Source: Ferroglobus placidus DSM 10642 (GTDB lineage: Archaea; Halobacteriota; Archaeoglobi; Archaeoglobales; Archaeoglobaceae). Taken from it: a stretch of 32,000 bases of DNA. Position numbers and translations under genes: made by a program. Where the stretch lies: contig NC_013849.1 in the NCBI RefSeq assembly GCF_000025505.1, forward strand, positions 630,001 to 662,000, read 5' to 3'. The notes below the pieces were generated by a model. That model saw nothing but the letters and a program-made list of their open reading frames with translations. It was not told the origin of the DNA and did not search any database. This document shows, piece by piece, positions 18,115-28,181 of this stretch (within the stretch, counting starts at the first letter, position 1; each line of letters opens with the position of its first letter).

Positions 18115-20541
18115 TTACCCCCTTTCCTTTCTTTTTATAGGTGGCACGTAGTTCTTCATCAACAGCGAATTGGTAACGACGCTAACGCTGCTCATCGCCA
18201 TAGCCAAACCAGCAAATTCCGGCTTGAAAACTACGCCGAAAATCGGGTAAAGAGCTCCCGCTGCTACGGGAATAAGAGACGTGTTGTATATCATTGCCCA
18301 GAAGAGGTTTTGCTTTATTTTGCTCAGAGTTTTCTCGCTGAGCTGTATGGCTGCAACGACGTCTCTCAAATCGTCTCTCATTAAAACTATATCTCCGCTC
18401 TCCAAAGCTATGTCGGTTCCGCTTCCCATCGCTATTCCTAAATCCGCCTGAGCTAAAGCCGGAGCGTCGTTGATTCCATCTCCAACAAAAGCTACGATTT
18501 CTCCTTTCTCCTGCAGCTTTTTCACTTCCTCAGCCTTTTGGTGTGGAAGAACTTCCGCAAGAACCTCGTCAATTCCAAGCTTTCTTGCGATCGCTTCAGC
18601 TACCCTTCTGTTATCTCCCGTCATCATAGCAACTTTTTTCCCCATCTTGTGGAGTTCTTCGATAGCTTCTTTTGCAGTCTCCTTGATAGTGTCTGCTATT
18701 CCAATAACTCCAACTATTCTCCCGTTTAAAGCTACGAGGATAGCTGTTTTCGCCTCCTCTTCTAATTTCCTCAAAACTTCCTCCACTTTTCCATCGAAAC
18801 TCAAGCCCTTTTCAATCATCAGCTGTCTGCTGCCGACTAAAATCCTATCTCCGTTCAAAGATGCCACGACTCCCTTTCCAGCTAAAAACTCAAACTTCTC
18901 CGGCTCTTCTATCTCTATCCCCTCGCTTTTCGCTTTTCTCAAAATCGCCTCAGCGAGAGGATGCTCGCTTCTTTTTTCTGCACTTGCTGCAATTTTCAAA
19001 ACCTCTCTTTCTCCACCGTCAGAAAAAGCTATGACGTCAGTAACTTCGGGTTTTCCTTTAGTTAACGTTCCCGTTTTGTCGAATACAACAACGCTCACTT
19101 TTCTTGCGATCTCCAAAGCTTCTCCGTTCTTTATCAATATTCCAAGCTCCGCTCCTTTCCCCATTCCTACCGTTAATGCTGTTGGAGTTGCCAATCCGAA
19201 AGCACAGGGGCAGGCTATAACCAAAACAGCCACGAGAGTTGTGAAGGCGAAGAGTGCCGGAGCTTTAGCTATGAAATACCAGTAAACGAACGAGCCTATT
19301 GCTATGCTTAAAACCACCGGGATGAAGTAGGTAACGATTTTGTCAGCCAGCCTTTGTATCGGCGGTTTACTTCCCAAAGCCTCCTCAACGAGTTTTATTA
19401 TCTGAGCTAATACTGTTTCGCTACCAACTCTTGTCGCTCTTATCTTCAAAACGCCGTTCTTGTTAATCGTTCCTCCTACAACTTCGTCGCCAACCCTCTT
19501 CAAATTCGGAATAGGCTCTCCGGTAATCATCGACTCGTCGACGTAACTTTCACCTTCTATCACAATTCCATCAACTGGAATTTTCTCTCCGGGCTTTACC
19601 ACTATTACGTCACCAACTCTCACCTCTCCGACATCCACCTCCACCTCTTTACCATCTCTAACGACTGTCGCTTTTTTAGCTTGCAAGCCTATAAGCTTCT
19701 TTATAGCTTCGCTCGTCTTTCCTTTGGCTATAGCTTCGAGAGTTCTGCCGAGGAGAAGGAAGGCTAAAAGTAAAACCGCAGTTTCGTAGAACAGGTAATC
19801 CTCGGGAAGGAAGCCAAGAGTCGAGAAAACGCTTGCAGTAAATGCAGAACCAACACCGAGAGAATACATTACGTCCATGTTCAGGTTTTTGTGTCTGAGC
19901 GATCTAATGGCTGAGAGAAACATGTCTTTTCCCGAGTAAACCATTACAGGAGCTGCGAGGAGGAATTGCACGACACCAATCAGCTCTTTTTCGAGTTGAA
20001 AACCAACGAATTTTCCGTACTGGATAACGAGCAGAATCGATCCTATTACGGCTGCAAAAGCCAACTTCTTCTTCAAAACCTTAATGTGGTCTTCCTTTTC
20101 AATCTTTTCTTCCTCACTTATTCCGAGAAATCTGTAACCGACTTCTTCTATAGCTTTCCTTATCTCTTCCAAACTCGTTTCTTCGGGAACGAAAACGACT
20201 TTAGCCGTTTCGGTAGCTAAGTTAACCGATACGCTTTTCACTCCGGGAAGATTCGATAAAGCTCTTTCGATCGTTTTTGCACACGCTGAGCACGTCATTC
20301 CACCGATCCTCACATTAACAACTTTTTCAGGCAACACAACTCCATATCCGGCTTTTTCGACTTTTTCTGCTAACTCTTTGATACTAACGTCTTTTTCCAG
20401 CTCTATGACAGCGCTTTCGTTTGCCAAATTGACCTTTACATCCTTAACACCTTCTACTTCCCTCAAAACCGATTCAACGACTCTTGCGCAGCTCGCGCAA
20501 CTCATTCCGGTAATCTTAACTTTCTTGACTTTACGGCTCAT
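18115..20541 (-). CDS. copA: Copper-transporting P-type ATPase with two N-terminal heavy-metal-binding domains
   Basis: HMA motifs '[12 protein letters not shown]' and '[12 protein letters not shown]', P1B motif '[18 protein letters not shown]', phosphorylation '[13 protein letters not shown]' and '[21 protein letters not shown]'. Confidence 0.95.
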   Translation of the reverse strand: MSRKVKKVKITGMSCASCARVVESVLREVEGVKDVKVNLANESAVIELEKDVSIKELAEKVEKAGYGVVLPEKVVNVRIGGMTCSACAKTIERALSNLPGVKSVSVNLATETAKVVFVPEETSLEEIRKAIEEVGYRFLGISEEEKIEKEDHIKVLKKKLAFAAVIGSILLVIQYGKFVGFQLEKELIGVVQFLLAAPVMVYSGKDMFLSAIRSLRHKNLNMDVMYSLGVGSAFTASVFSTLGFLPEDYLFYETAVLLLAFLLLGRTLEAIAKGKTSEAIKKLIGLQAKKATVVRDGKEVEVDVGEVRVGDVIVVKPGEKIPVDGIVIEGESYVDESMITGEPIPNLKRVGDEVVGGTINKNGVLKIRATRVGSETVLAQIIKLVEEALGSKPPIQRLADKIVTYFIPVVLSIAIGSFVYWYFIAKAPALFAFTTLVAVLVIACPCAFGLATPTALTVGMGKGAELGILIKNGEALEIARKVSVVVFDKTGTLTKGKPEVTDVIAFSDGGEREVLKIAASAEKRSEHPLAEAILRKAKSEGIEIEEPEKFEFLAGKGVVASLNGDRILVGSRQLMIEKGLSFDGKVEEVLRKLEEEAKTAILVALNGRIVGVIGIADTIKETAKEAIEELHKMGKKVAMMTGDNRRVAEAIARKLGIDEVLAEVLPHQKAEEVKKLQEKGEIVAFVGDGINDAPALAQADLGIAMGSGTDIALESGDIVLMRDDLRDVVAAIQLSEKTLSKIKQNLFWAMIYNTSLIPVAAGALYPIFGVVFKPEFAGLAMAMSSVSVVTNSLLMKNYVPPIKRKERG

Positions 20542-20636
20542 CGAAGAGTCTACGTTAAAAGCTTAGATATACCTCTCCTTTGACGAATTGTTAAATTGCT
20601 CAGAAAAATTTTTAACTATTTTAGTGAGTTGGAATC

Positions 20637-21155
20637 GTGGACGAGTACGATTTGAAAATTCTGAACATTTTAAAAGAGAATGCGAGAACCCCTTTATCGG
20701 AAATAGCCAAAATGGTGGGTTTGAGCAGGCAGACTGTGAAGAGCAGAATAGAAAAGCTCGAAAAGGAAGGGGTGATAAGGAAATACACGATTGAAATCGC
20801 TAAAGATCTTGAAAACGAAGTGGTTCTTGTTGTGGAAGAAGATGATGTTAAAAAGATCCTTGAAGCTGAAAGAGTAGCGGAGGTTCTTAGAGTGGCGAGT
20901 AACAAGTTCTTAGTGAGGTTGAAAGCTGAGAACCTTGAAGAGGTTAGGGAAGTCGTTAAAAGCTGGAAGATCCTCGATTCCTACATAGTTTTTGAAAAGT
21001 GGAAGAAGGATGAGGATGTAATCTCTGTGGTAAGCTTTAGGTGCGATTACTGCGGAAAGAAGCTCGTGGACAAGCCTATTGTGTACAAATACCATAACAG
21101 AGTGTACTTCCTCTGCTGCAAAACGTGTTTGGAGGAGTTTAAAAAATTGGTGTAA
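20637..21155 (+). CDS. Lrp/AsnC-type HTH regulator with C-terminal TRASH metal-sensing domain
   Basis: 'LKILNILKENARTPLSEIAKMVGLSRQTVKSRIEKLEKEGVIRKY' HTH, then 'FRCDYCGKKLVDKPIVYKYHNRVYFLCCKTCLEEFKK' TRASH. Divergent from copA. Confidence 0.88.
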   Translation: MDEYDLKILNILKENARTPLSEIAKMVGLSRQTVKSRIEKLEKEGVIRKYTIEIAKDLENEVVLVVEEDDVKKILEAERVAEVLRVASNKFLVRLKAENLEEVREVVKSWKILDSYIVFEKWKKDEDVISVVSFRCDYCGKKLVDKPIVYKYHNRVYFLCCKTCLEEFKKLV

Positions 21156-21157
21156 AA

Positions 21158-22450
21158 TTAGATTATACCTTCCTTCTTCAGCCTTTCCATTTCCTTATCA
21201 TCCAGCCCGAGGAGTTTCCTGTAAATCAGAGGATTGTCTTCTCCAACTTTCCTTCCTAACCATTTAACCCTTGGCGGCGTTTCGCTCATCTTCTGACAGA
21301 CTCCCTGGACTATAAGCTCCTTCCCGTCTCCTCTAATTTTAATCAAAGCCCCCCTCTCGTACCAGTGTTTGAACTCGATCGTCTCTATCGGCTTTAAAAC
21401 TTCTCCGGCAACTGTCACTCCTTCCCCTTTGTAAGAAAGCCAGATTTCCAGAAGCTCTTTTCTCGTGTGCTGCATCGTGAACTTCTCTATCTCCCTCGTC
21501 ATCGGAATCCAGTTTTTGGGATTTGTTCTATCCTTTATCGTCGGATACTTCTCCACGAGATCTTCCCTTCCGATTATGCTGCAGAGAGCTTTCCAGTTCG
21601 GATCCGTGTAGCCAGCTATGAAAACCATTCCATCCTTCGCTCTGAAGTAGTTGTAGGCGTAAGCAGCGGGCTCGAAATTCCCGCTTCTTTCTATAACCTT
21701 TCCCGTTAGGTGGTAGAAGTGAAGAGCATAGTTATTTAAACACATTAAAGCTTCGGCTGGGCTGAGATCGATCATACATCCTTCTCCACTTCTTTCTCTC
21801 GAAATTAACGCTGCAACTATTGATAGGGCTGCGAAAGCTCCTCCTGCATACCACCCCATCCAGTTACCCATCTTGGTTGGAACTCTCGTGTGCTCCGGAA
21901 ACTCCTCGTAATCTTCGGGAATTCCGGTTGTGTAGGCAAATCCGCTCATAGCCTGAGCTATAACATCGTAATCTCCAAAGTTAAACCCTCTTTCGTAACC
22001 GTGGATGTGTATGGAGCAGTAGATTAGCATGGGGTTGATTTTCCTCAAGTTCTCGTAATCTATCCCCATTCTCTCGACGTAGTCTCTTGGGAATGTGTGA
22101 ATTAAAACGTCGCTCCTCTCGACAATCTTTTTGAAAATTTCAACTCCTTTCTCTTTTTCCAAGTTCAGAGTTATGTGGTACTTGTTTCTGCTCTCTGCGA
22201 AGTAAGCCAAACCTTGGTCGGAAATCTTCAGATTTCTGGGAGAAAACTTCCTCGCTATATCTCCTTCCGGTGGCTCTACCCTTATAACCTCTGCACCCAT
22301 CTCAGCTAATAACGAAGAGGCGAACAGTCCAGCGAAGCTTCCGTAGCTGGCATCTATAACTCTAACTCCATCGAGAGCTTCGGGTTTTTGCAGCGAATCT
22401 TCGGGATCTGTAATCTTTCTTGCTATTTCATTCCATTCCATTTTTACCAC
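21158..22450 (-). CDS. Family III (CaiB/BaiF) CoA-transferase subunit, probably non-catalytic
   Basis: 'VRVIDASYGSFAGLFASSLLAEMGAEVIRVEPPEGDIAR...' and 'GWYAGGAFAALSIVAALISRERSGEGCMIDLSPAEALM'. The expected catalytic Asp position is Trp. Confidence 0.88.
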   Translation of the reverse strand: MVKMEWNEIARKITDPEDSLQKPEALDGVRVIDASYGSFAGLFASSLLAEMGAEVIRVEPPEGDIARKFSPRNLKISDQGLAYFAESRNKYHITLNLEKEKGVEIFKKIVERSDVLIHTFPRDYVERMGIDYENLRKINPMLIYCSIHIHGYERGFNFGDYDVIAQAMSGFAYTTGIPEDYEEFPEHTRVPTKMGNWMGWYAGGAFAALSIVAALISRERSGEGCMIDLSPAEALMCLNNYALHFYHLTGKVIERSGNFEPAAYAYNYFRAKDGMVFIAGYTDPNWKALCSIIGREDLVEKYPTIKDRTNPKNWIPMTREIEKFTMQHTRKELLEIWLSYKGEGVTVAGEVLKPIETIEFKHWYERGALIKIRGDGKELIVQGVCQKMSETPPRVKWLGRKVGEDNPLIYRKLLGLDDKEMERLKKEGII

Positions 22451-22451
22451 C

Positions 22452-23708
22452 TCAGTAGAAAGCTCTATTCTCCTTTCCTTCTGGCGGGGCTGTAGTTGGA
22501 ATGCTTTCGTCCCACTTCCCTATGACTTCCTTTTCGTATAACTCCCTAAGCTTCTCATCGCTCAAGCCGAGAATTCTTTTGAAAACGTGTTCGTTGTCAA
22601 AGCCAACAGGACGCATACTCCAAAGAACTTTTAACTCGGCATTTGAGAAGTGTAAGGCAAAGGGATAGCAGAGTTCTTCGTAGATTGGATCAAAGAATAT
22701 CTGAACGGCACTTCTTTTTCTGTAGTGTTCACTCTCGTAGATGTCCTTCGAGTTCATCACTTTCGAGGCGGCAAAGCCACTTTCCTCAGCTTTTCTCAAA
22801 ATCTCCTCAACGCTCTTATTTTTAACCCACTCTTCGACAGCTTTGTAAATTTCCTCTGAGTTTTCGACTCTCTTCTCGTAATCCACGAACTTTTCTAAAT
22901 CTTCTCTACCCATCGCTTCGCATAAAGCTAAATACTCGTCATCTCTCACAGCAGCTATAGCTACAAAGCCGTCTTTTGCTTTCGCTATGCAGGAAACTAC
23001 TACCGCTGGATCTCTATTTCCGTATCTCCTCCTATTCTCTCCAGTTAGGGATATGTAGAGCCAAGTCCAGTCCATCGCTCTCATCAACACTTCTGCCTGA
23101 CTCACGTCTATGAACTGACCCTTTCCGCTCTTGTTTCTCCAGTAGAGAGCTGCCAACGTCGTAAAAGCCGCCACTGTTCCGCTAAGAAAGTCTCCTATCC
23201 ACGCTTGAGATTTCACGGGAATTGCCTCTTCAAATCCGGTTATTTCGGCAAGTCCGGTTATTCCCTGAGCGTAAGCATCGTAGCTCGGTCTCTCCCAAAG
23301 CTCTCCCCAGTTTCCGAAACCCTGCATGCTGACGTAGATAAGCCTTGGATTTATTTTACTGAGCTGCCTGTAGCCGATTCCCCACCTGTCAAAAGTTCCA
23401 GGCTTGAAGTTTTCCATCAAAACGTCGCATTTAGCTGCTAATTTCCTTATCAGCTCTTTTCCTTCTTCCTTTCTCATATCTATGGCTACGAAGTACTTGT
23501 TTGCGTTGCAACACATCATTCCGGGGGAAAGGTTTCTCGGAAAAACACCTCCCGGAGAAACGAGCCTAATCAGAGTGTCTCCGCTTTTCGGCATTTCCAC
23601 GTGAATAACTTCAGCTCCGAGCAAAGCCAATAGTGTTGCTGCCCAGGGTCCGTAGATAACCCTTGTTATGTCGAGGACTCGAACACCTTCGAGGGGCAAT
23701 TTCTTCAT
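22452..23708 (-). CDS. Family III (CaiB/BaiF) CoA-transferase, catalytic subunit
   Basis: 'VRVLDITRVIYGPWAATLLALLGAEVIHVEMPKSGDTLI...' and 'AWIGDFLSGTVAAFTTLAALYWRNKSGKGQFIDVSQAEVLM' with the Asp retained. Confidence 0.9.
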   Translation of the reverse strand: MKKLPLEGVRVLDITRVIYGPWAATLLALLGAEVIHVEMPKSGDTLIRLVSPGGVFPRNLSPGMMCCNANKYFVAIDMRKEEGKELIRKLAAKCDVLMENFKPGTFDRWGIGYRQLSKINPRLIYVSMQGFGNWGELWERPSYDAYAQGITGLAEITGFEEAIPVKSQAWIGDFLSGTVAAFTTLAALYWRNKSGKGQFIDVSQAEVLMRAMDWTWLYISLTGENRRRYGNRDPAVVVSCIAKAKDGFVAIAAVRDDEYLALCEAMGREDLEKFVDYEKRVENSEEIYKAVEEWVKNKSVEEILRKAEESGFAASKVMNSKDIYESEHYRKRSAVQIFFDPIYEELCYPFALHFSNAELKVLWSMRPVGFDNEHVFKRILGLSDEKLRELYEKEVIGKWDESIPTTAPPEGKENRAFY

Positions 23709-23741
23709 GTTAAATTGTTAGAATTTTCAAGTATTTATTCC

Positions 23742-24425
23742 TTACACTTCCACTATTTCATCCTGAATAATTTTGAATGCGAGAAGCGGAGGAAGTTGAG
23801 GAAATATGCTGTGAAGAATTTCTACCTCGTATTCTCTCCTTCCCATGCTGTAAAGCTTTTCCGATTTTTTAACACTCAGCACGAGATCGAAGAGGTACGC
23901 TATGCTTTCGTCAACTTCTGACATTATCGGAATCAACGTTACTCCTCTGAAGTTTCCGATGGAAGAAATAAACTTTTCTAAATTTTCGAAAAATACTTTC
24001 TCTCCGCAGATTCTGTAAAAAAGAAACATTCCGTCGTATACGATCAAAGCTTTTTCGTCCAGCTTTTTAACGATACTCGCAAGGTCGTGGAAAACTCCTT
24101 CAATGTCTTCCACCATCTCTATGTAAGCGAAGAGATTGTTGTTGAAAACCTCTTTACTCCTTCCGATTTTTATTGCTTTTACGTTCTTCAAAACTTCTCC
24201 AATTTTTTCATCAACTTTTGAAAGGTTTTCGAAGAACTTCTTTGTCCTTATGTCGTTCATGTCCGTGAAAATTATGTAATAAACATCTCCATCTTTAAAG
24301 AGCTTCATCATCTCTTTTACAATTATTCCAGCCCCGTAGCTATCGTCGTAAATCAAACCTACTGAGTTCTTAACTGCAAATTCAACAAATTCTTTGAACT
24401 TCACGTGAAAAAATATGTTAGTCAT
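23742..24425 (-). CDS. Uncharacterized protein resembling a degenerate KaiC/RecA-fold ATPase domain
   Basis: Positional resemblance: 'VGLIYDDSYGAGIIVKEMMKLF' (no GKT), 'KALIVYDGMFLFYRI' (Walker-B-like) and 'RGVTLIPIMSEVDESI...LFDLVLSVKK'. Confidence 0.5.
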   Translation of the reverse strand: MTNIFFHVKFKEFVEFAVKNSVGLIYDDSYGAGIIVKEMMKLFKDGDVYYIIFTDMNDIRTKKFFENLSKVDEKIGEVLKNVKAIKIGRSKEVFNNNLFAYIEMVEDIEGVFHDLASIVKKLDEKALIVYDGMFLFYRICGEKVFFENLEKFISSIGNFRGVTLIPIMSEVDESIAYLFDLVLSVKKSEKLYSMGRREYEVEILHSIFPQLPPLLAFKIIQDEIVEV

Positions 24426-24496
24426 AGTACTTTAATTTTTTTTCGATTGGAGGGTAAAGGCAGAAGAATATTCGGCGGCAAAAAATATATATTGAG

Positions 24497-24512
24497 AGAT
24501 CGAGCACATCGA
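24497..24512 (+). promoter_or_regulatory. Possible TATA-box region for the S8e gene
   Basis: 'AAAAAATATATATTGAG' lies about 30-40 nt before the start region of rps8e. Sequence pattern only. Confidence 0.3.
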
Positions 24513-24529
24513 GTTCAGGAGGTGTAACG

Positions 24530-24916
24530 ATGATCTGGCAGGGTAGGAGTAGGAGGAAGCCGACTGGTGGTTTGTACAAACCGCACAGGAAGAAGAGAAA
24601 GTACGAACTGGGAAGGGAGCCAGCGGAAACTCACGTAGGTGAGAGAAAGGTAAAGAGGGTTAGAGTTAGGGGTGGTAACTACAAGATAAAGCTCTTCGCC
24701 GACAAATACGCTAACGTTTACGTTCCTTCCGAAGGAAAGGTTGTGAGAGCTGAAATCGAGAGCGTTGTCGAAAACAAAGCTCACATGCACTACGCGAGAA
24801 GAAACGTAATTACCAAAGGAGCTATAATCAAAACGAGCGTAGGACTTGCGAAGGTTACGAACAGACCGAGTCAGGAAGGGGTAATAAATGCTGTTCTCAT
24901 AGAACAGGCCAGCTAA
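24530..24916 (+). CDS. rps8e: 30S ribosomal protein S8e
   Basis: [56 protein letters not shown]... is a clear S8e sequence. Confidence 0.97.
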   Translation: MIWQGRSRRKPTGGLYKPHRKKRKYELGREPAETHVGERKVKRVRVRGGNYKIKLFADKYANVYVPSEGKVVRAEIESVVENKAHMHYARRNVITKGAIIKTSVGLAKVTNRPSQEGVINAVLIEQAS

Positions 24917-24932
24917 AAAATTTAAGGTATTT

Positions 24933-25175
24933 TTAACTTTCTCTCGTTCTCTTAATACTGCTCGGAACTTTGCTCCTTTCGATTTCCGCAACAACAAAGC
25001 TCAAGCTTGCGGCAATAGCGAGACATAGTATCGCTCCGTATCCGAGCACTTTCATAGTCACGCCAAGATCCGGCAGACCTCCGTAGGAATAAGACAGCAA
25101 AACAGAACTCATCAACACGTACACTCCGAAGATCAACCCCCACAGGGTAGGGAGGTGTCTCATATTTACCACCAA
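24933..25175 (-). CDS. Small hypothetical membrane protein (two predicted TM segments)
   Basis: 80 aa 'LPTLWGLIFGVYVLMSSVLLSYSYGG...VLGYGAILCLAIAASLSFVVAEIER', fits between convergent/divergent neighbours without overlap. Confidence 0.55.
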   Translation of the reverse strand: MVVNMRHLPTLWGLIFGVYVLMSSVLLSYSYGGLPDLGVTMKVLGYGAILCLAIAASLSFVVAEIERSKVPSSIKRTRES

Positions 25176-25274
25176 TACTACTTAACGATGTTTATCGTTT
25201 AAATATTTTTCCATTGAAAATGATGATATACCAATTCGGGAAGAACTTAAATAGTTCTCCTGGAATTTACCTCT

Positions 25275-26879
25275 GTGAAGAGGTTAATAGAAGTAGAAGA
25301 AGCAAAAAAGCTCCTTGCTGCGATTAATATCTCTGCTGAAAAAAGGGAAGTTTTCGTTCTCGACGCGGTGAACAAATTTTCAGCCGAAAACGTTTTCGCT
25401 CCGGTAGATCTCCCACCTTTTGACAGATCCACGAGAGACGGCTACGCTGTTTTAAGCGAGGATGTTGTAAGTGCTTCGGAAACCAATCCGGTCAAGCTGA
25501 AAATAGTCGGGACTATAGAAGCTGGGGAATTCAAGAGCGTAAGAATCTCTTCCGGGGAGTGCGTGAAGATTGCAACCGGAGCGGTAATTCCGGAAAAGAG
25601 CGACGCTGTCGTTATGGTTGAGAATTGCGAGGAACATGGAGGTTACGTTTTCGTTAAAAAAGCTGTAGCACCCAGGGAAAACGTCATGCTTAAAGGCTCT
25701 GACGTAGCTGAGGGGGAGTTGGTTGTTAGGGAAGGTGAAAGGCTAACTCCGGAAAAGATAGGTCTTCTTTCGGGGTTGGGATTGAGGAAAGTTAAAATCT
25801 ACGATTTGAGAATAGCGGTATTCAGCACGGGAAACGAAATCGCTCTTCCTGGAGAAAGGTTGGATCGTGGAAAAATTTACGATGTGAACGGTTTTGCGAT
25901 AGTTTCTTCTCTTCGAAATCTCGGTTTTTCGGCGGAATTTCTCGGAATACTGAAAGACGATGTTAAAGAAATGAGGAGGAGACTTTTGGAAGCTTCGAAG
26001 AAGTACGGTGTTGTGGTAACCTCCGGAGCCACTTCTGCTGGAGAGAAAGATTTGCTAATCGAGGCTGTTAAAGAAATTGGCGAGATTGTTTTTCACGGCG
26101 TCAGAATAAAGCCGGGAAAGCCTTTTTTAGTTGCTAAAATTTCCGACTCAATCCTCTTCGGGCTTCCAGGGTTTCCAGTCTCAGCTTTAACGATATTACA
26201 CGAATTCGTCAAACCGGTTTTACTCAAATCGGTTAAAGCTCGAGAGAAAACTCAAATCGTTGAAGGAATTGTGGCAAAGAGAATATACTCCGAAGGGAGA
26301 AGGGAGCTTCTTCCGGTTGTGGTTGCAGGAGGAAGAATCTTCCCTCTTGAGAAAGGGTCGGGAGCTATCACATCTCTAACCAACGCCTCCGGTTATTTGG
26401 AGATAGCCGAAAACGAGGAGGTTATCGAGAGGGGAGAGAAAAGAGAAGTTAAGGTTTTCTCTAAAACCTACGATTTCGTCGTGGCTGGAGTTGATTTGCT
26501 GAAGCTGCTCGATCTGAACGCTTTCTACTTCACTTCCGATCAGAAACTTGCGAAGGTTGAGTTCGCTTTGGGAAATGTCGATGCGGTTTTAACTCTCGGA
26601 GAAAATTACGAAGTCGATGTTATTTTTGCTGGAAAGGACGGAAAAATTGGCAGCGTGAAAGGTTACGAGCTTAAAGCTGAGGTGGAGTTCAAAGATCACT
26701 TCCAGCTGTACCACGCTCTAAAAAATGGTAAAATAGACGGAGCTTTACTTCTAAAACCCTTCGCCGAGAAACTTGGAGTGGAAGGAGAAAAAGTAGGCTC
26801 TGTGAGACTCGACGTAATTTCGAGGAACGATGAACTTGAGAAGGAAATTCTAAGATTGCTGTCTTTTCAGAAAGATTAG
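25275..26879 (+). CDS. moeA: Molybdopterin molybdenumtransferase MoeA-like with C-terminal extension
   Basis: 'PPFDRSTRDGYAV', 'IATGAVIPEKSDAVVMVE', 'RIAVFSTGNEI', 'VVTSGATSAGEKDLL' and 'RIKPGKPFLVA...LFGLPGFPVSA', with about 130 extra residues resembling a periplasmic-binding-like domain. Confidence 0.9.
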   Translation: MKRLIEVEEAKKLLAAINISAEKREVFVLDAVNKFSAENVFAPVDLPPFDRSTRDGYAVLSEDVVSASETNPVKLKIVGTIEAGEFKSVRISSGECVKIATGAVIPEKSDAVVMVENCEEHGGYVFVKKAVAPRENVMLKGSDVAEGELVVREGERLTPEKIGLLSGLGLRKVKIYDLRIAVFSTGNEIALPGERLDRGKIYDVNGFAIVSSLRNLGFSAEFLGILKDDVKEMRRRLLEASKKYGVVVTSGATSAGEKDLLIEAVKEIGEIVFHGVRIKPGKPFLVAKISDSILFGLPGFPVSALTILHEFVKPVLLKSVKAREKTQIVEGIVAKRIYSEGRRELLPVVVAGGRIFPLEKGSGAITSLTNASGYLEIAENEEVIERGEKREVKVFSKTYDFVVAGVDLLKLLDLNAFYFTSDQKLAKVEFALGNVDAVLTLGENYEVDVIFAGKDGKIGSVKGYELKAEVEFKDHFQLYHALKNGKIDGALLLKPFAEKLGVEGEKVGSVRLDVISRNDELEKEILRLLSFQKD

Positions 26880-28181
26880 CACCGCTACAAAAAATCCAAT
26901 CGAGGATAGGAGCAGATAAATATACTCTCTTTCGTCGAAACCTTTCTTGAAATCTCTGAGAAACTCTTCGGCGAGCTTATCTGCAAGTTTTTTATCCTCT
27001 ATTTTCAGGGCTATTTCTCTGTTCAGCTTTAATCCGTACTTGTTCAGATTGGCTGAGGTAATTAGCACCGAATCTTCGGAGATTAGATACTTTCCGTGAA
27101 TTTTCGGATTTTCAAGCTTTTCGACCTCTACTCCTTGATTTTCCAGGAACTCGAGATCTCCGTAGCTCACGAGAATTTTCACGTCCACTCCTCTCTTCGA
27201 AGCGTTCAAAATTTCGTCGAGCAGCGGAGTTCCGTTGAAGTACTCGAAATCAATGTTCGGAGCAACTAAGTATAGTCTCTTTTTCGCATTCCTTATGAAA
27301 TCGAATACGGGATTGTTCTCCGGCATTACGTACAAAGTAACTTTTCCGCTGAAATCGAAAGACTTTCCGTTTCCTCTCTCAACCTTAACGTAATTTTTGA
27401 AGCTTTTCGGCTTAGAGGAATACTTCAAATCGTTGTAAAACACGTCTTTCAACGTTTTCGAGATCTTTTTACTGCTAAATTCGACGACAACTCCTCTCTT
27501 GTCCCATTTCCAGTTTTCGGTAGTGATGACAACTTTGTCTCCAACCACGGCGAACTTCGCGTGGAAATTTTTGTAGATCTTAGATTTGAGGTAGTAAACT
27601 TCGTTATTTTCCTCGAGAATTTTCACGTTGAGAGGTATTCCACCAACTGGATTGGCATCTACTGCGAATGTAAAATCTCCTTCGAAGCTTTCCGCGTCGT
27701 AGATTGTGTAAGAATATACTACCCCTTCTCCCTTTAGCTTGTAATCGCACGGACAGAGAATTAGCTTTCCTGAAACCTCGTCCTCGACTGGTTTAAAAGA
27801 ACTCCAGCCTTCGTATCTGAAATCCCACTTCCCGTTCTCCTTGTAGTATACAACTCCCTCGTCGAGATACCGCCAAACCCAGTTGAAGTATTCGGTGGAG
27901 TTTTCTTCGATGAGTGCTATTAGCTCTCCGTTGTTGGATAGAGAAATGCCGTCGGCGTCGGGATAAAATCCGAATTTATCTTTGAAAGCTGTTGCGTTTT
28001 TGGCTAAGTAGTGAACTCCTCTCCCAAATTTTATCTCCTTCTCGAAGTCTGTAAAAATGCAGTTGCCGTGGCAGAAAATTTTAACGTACTCCTCTTCTTC
28101 TTTGAAGGGATTCGGGTAAACTTCGATTATCTCGGCTGAAGCAGGGTAGAGTAGAAGTAGTAAAAGAACGAAAATTCTCAT
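26850..28181 (-). CDS. Membrane-anchored, exported phospholipase D-like protein
   Basis: N-terminal signal-like '[16 protein letters not shown]', two HKD-like motifs '[19 protein letters not shown]' and '[30 protein letters not shown]', and C-terminal TM '[24 protein letters not shown]'. Confidence 0.85.
   Translation of the reverse strand: MRIFVLLLLLLYPASAEIIEVYPNPFKEEEEYVKIFCHGNCIFTDFEKEIKFGRGVHYLAKNATAFKDKFGFYPDADGISLSNNGELIALIEENSTEYFNWVWRYLDEGVVYYKENGKWDFRYEGWSSFKPVEDEVSGKLILCPCDYKLKGEGVVYSYTIYDAESFEGDFTFAVDANPVGGIPLNVKILEENNEVYYLKSKIYKNFHAKFAVVGDKVVITTENWKWDKRGVVVEFSSKKISKTLKDVFYNDLKYSSKPKSFKNYVKVERGNGKSFDFSGKVTLYVMPENNPVFDFIRNAKKRLYLVAPNIDFEYFNGTPLLDEILNASKRGVDVKILVSYGDLEFLENQGVEVEKLENPKIHGKYLISEDSVLITSANLNKYGLKLNREIALKIEDKKLADKLAEEFLRDFKKGFDEREYIYLLLSSIGFFVAVLIFLKRQQS

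Noticed and set aside
18470-19285. 271-aa + strand ORF opposite copA
   Set aside because: Its Ser/Pro/Thr-rich shadow translation lies opposite the conserved P-type ATPase motifs.
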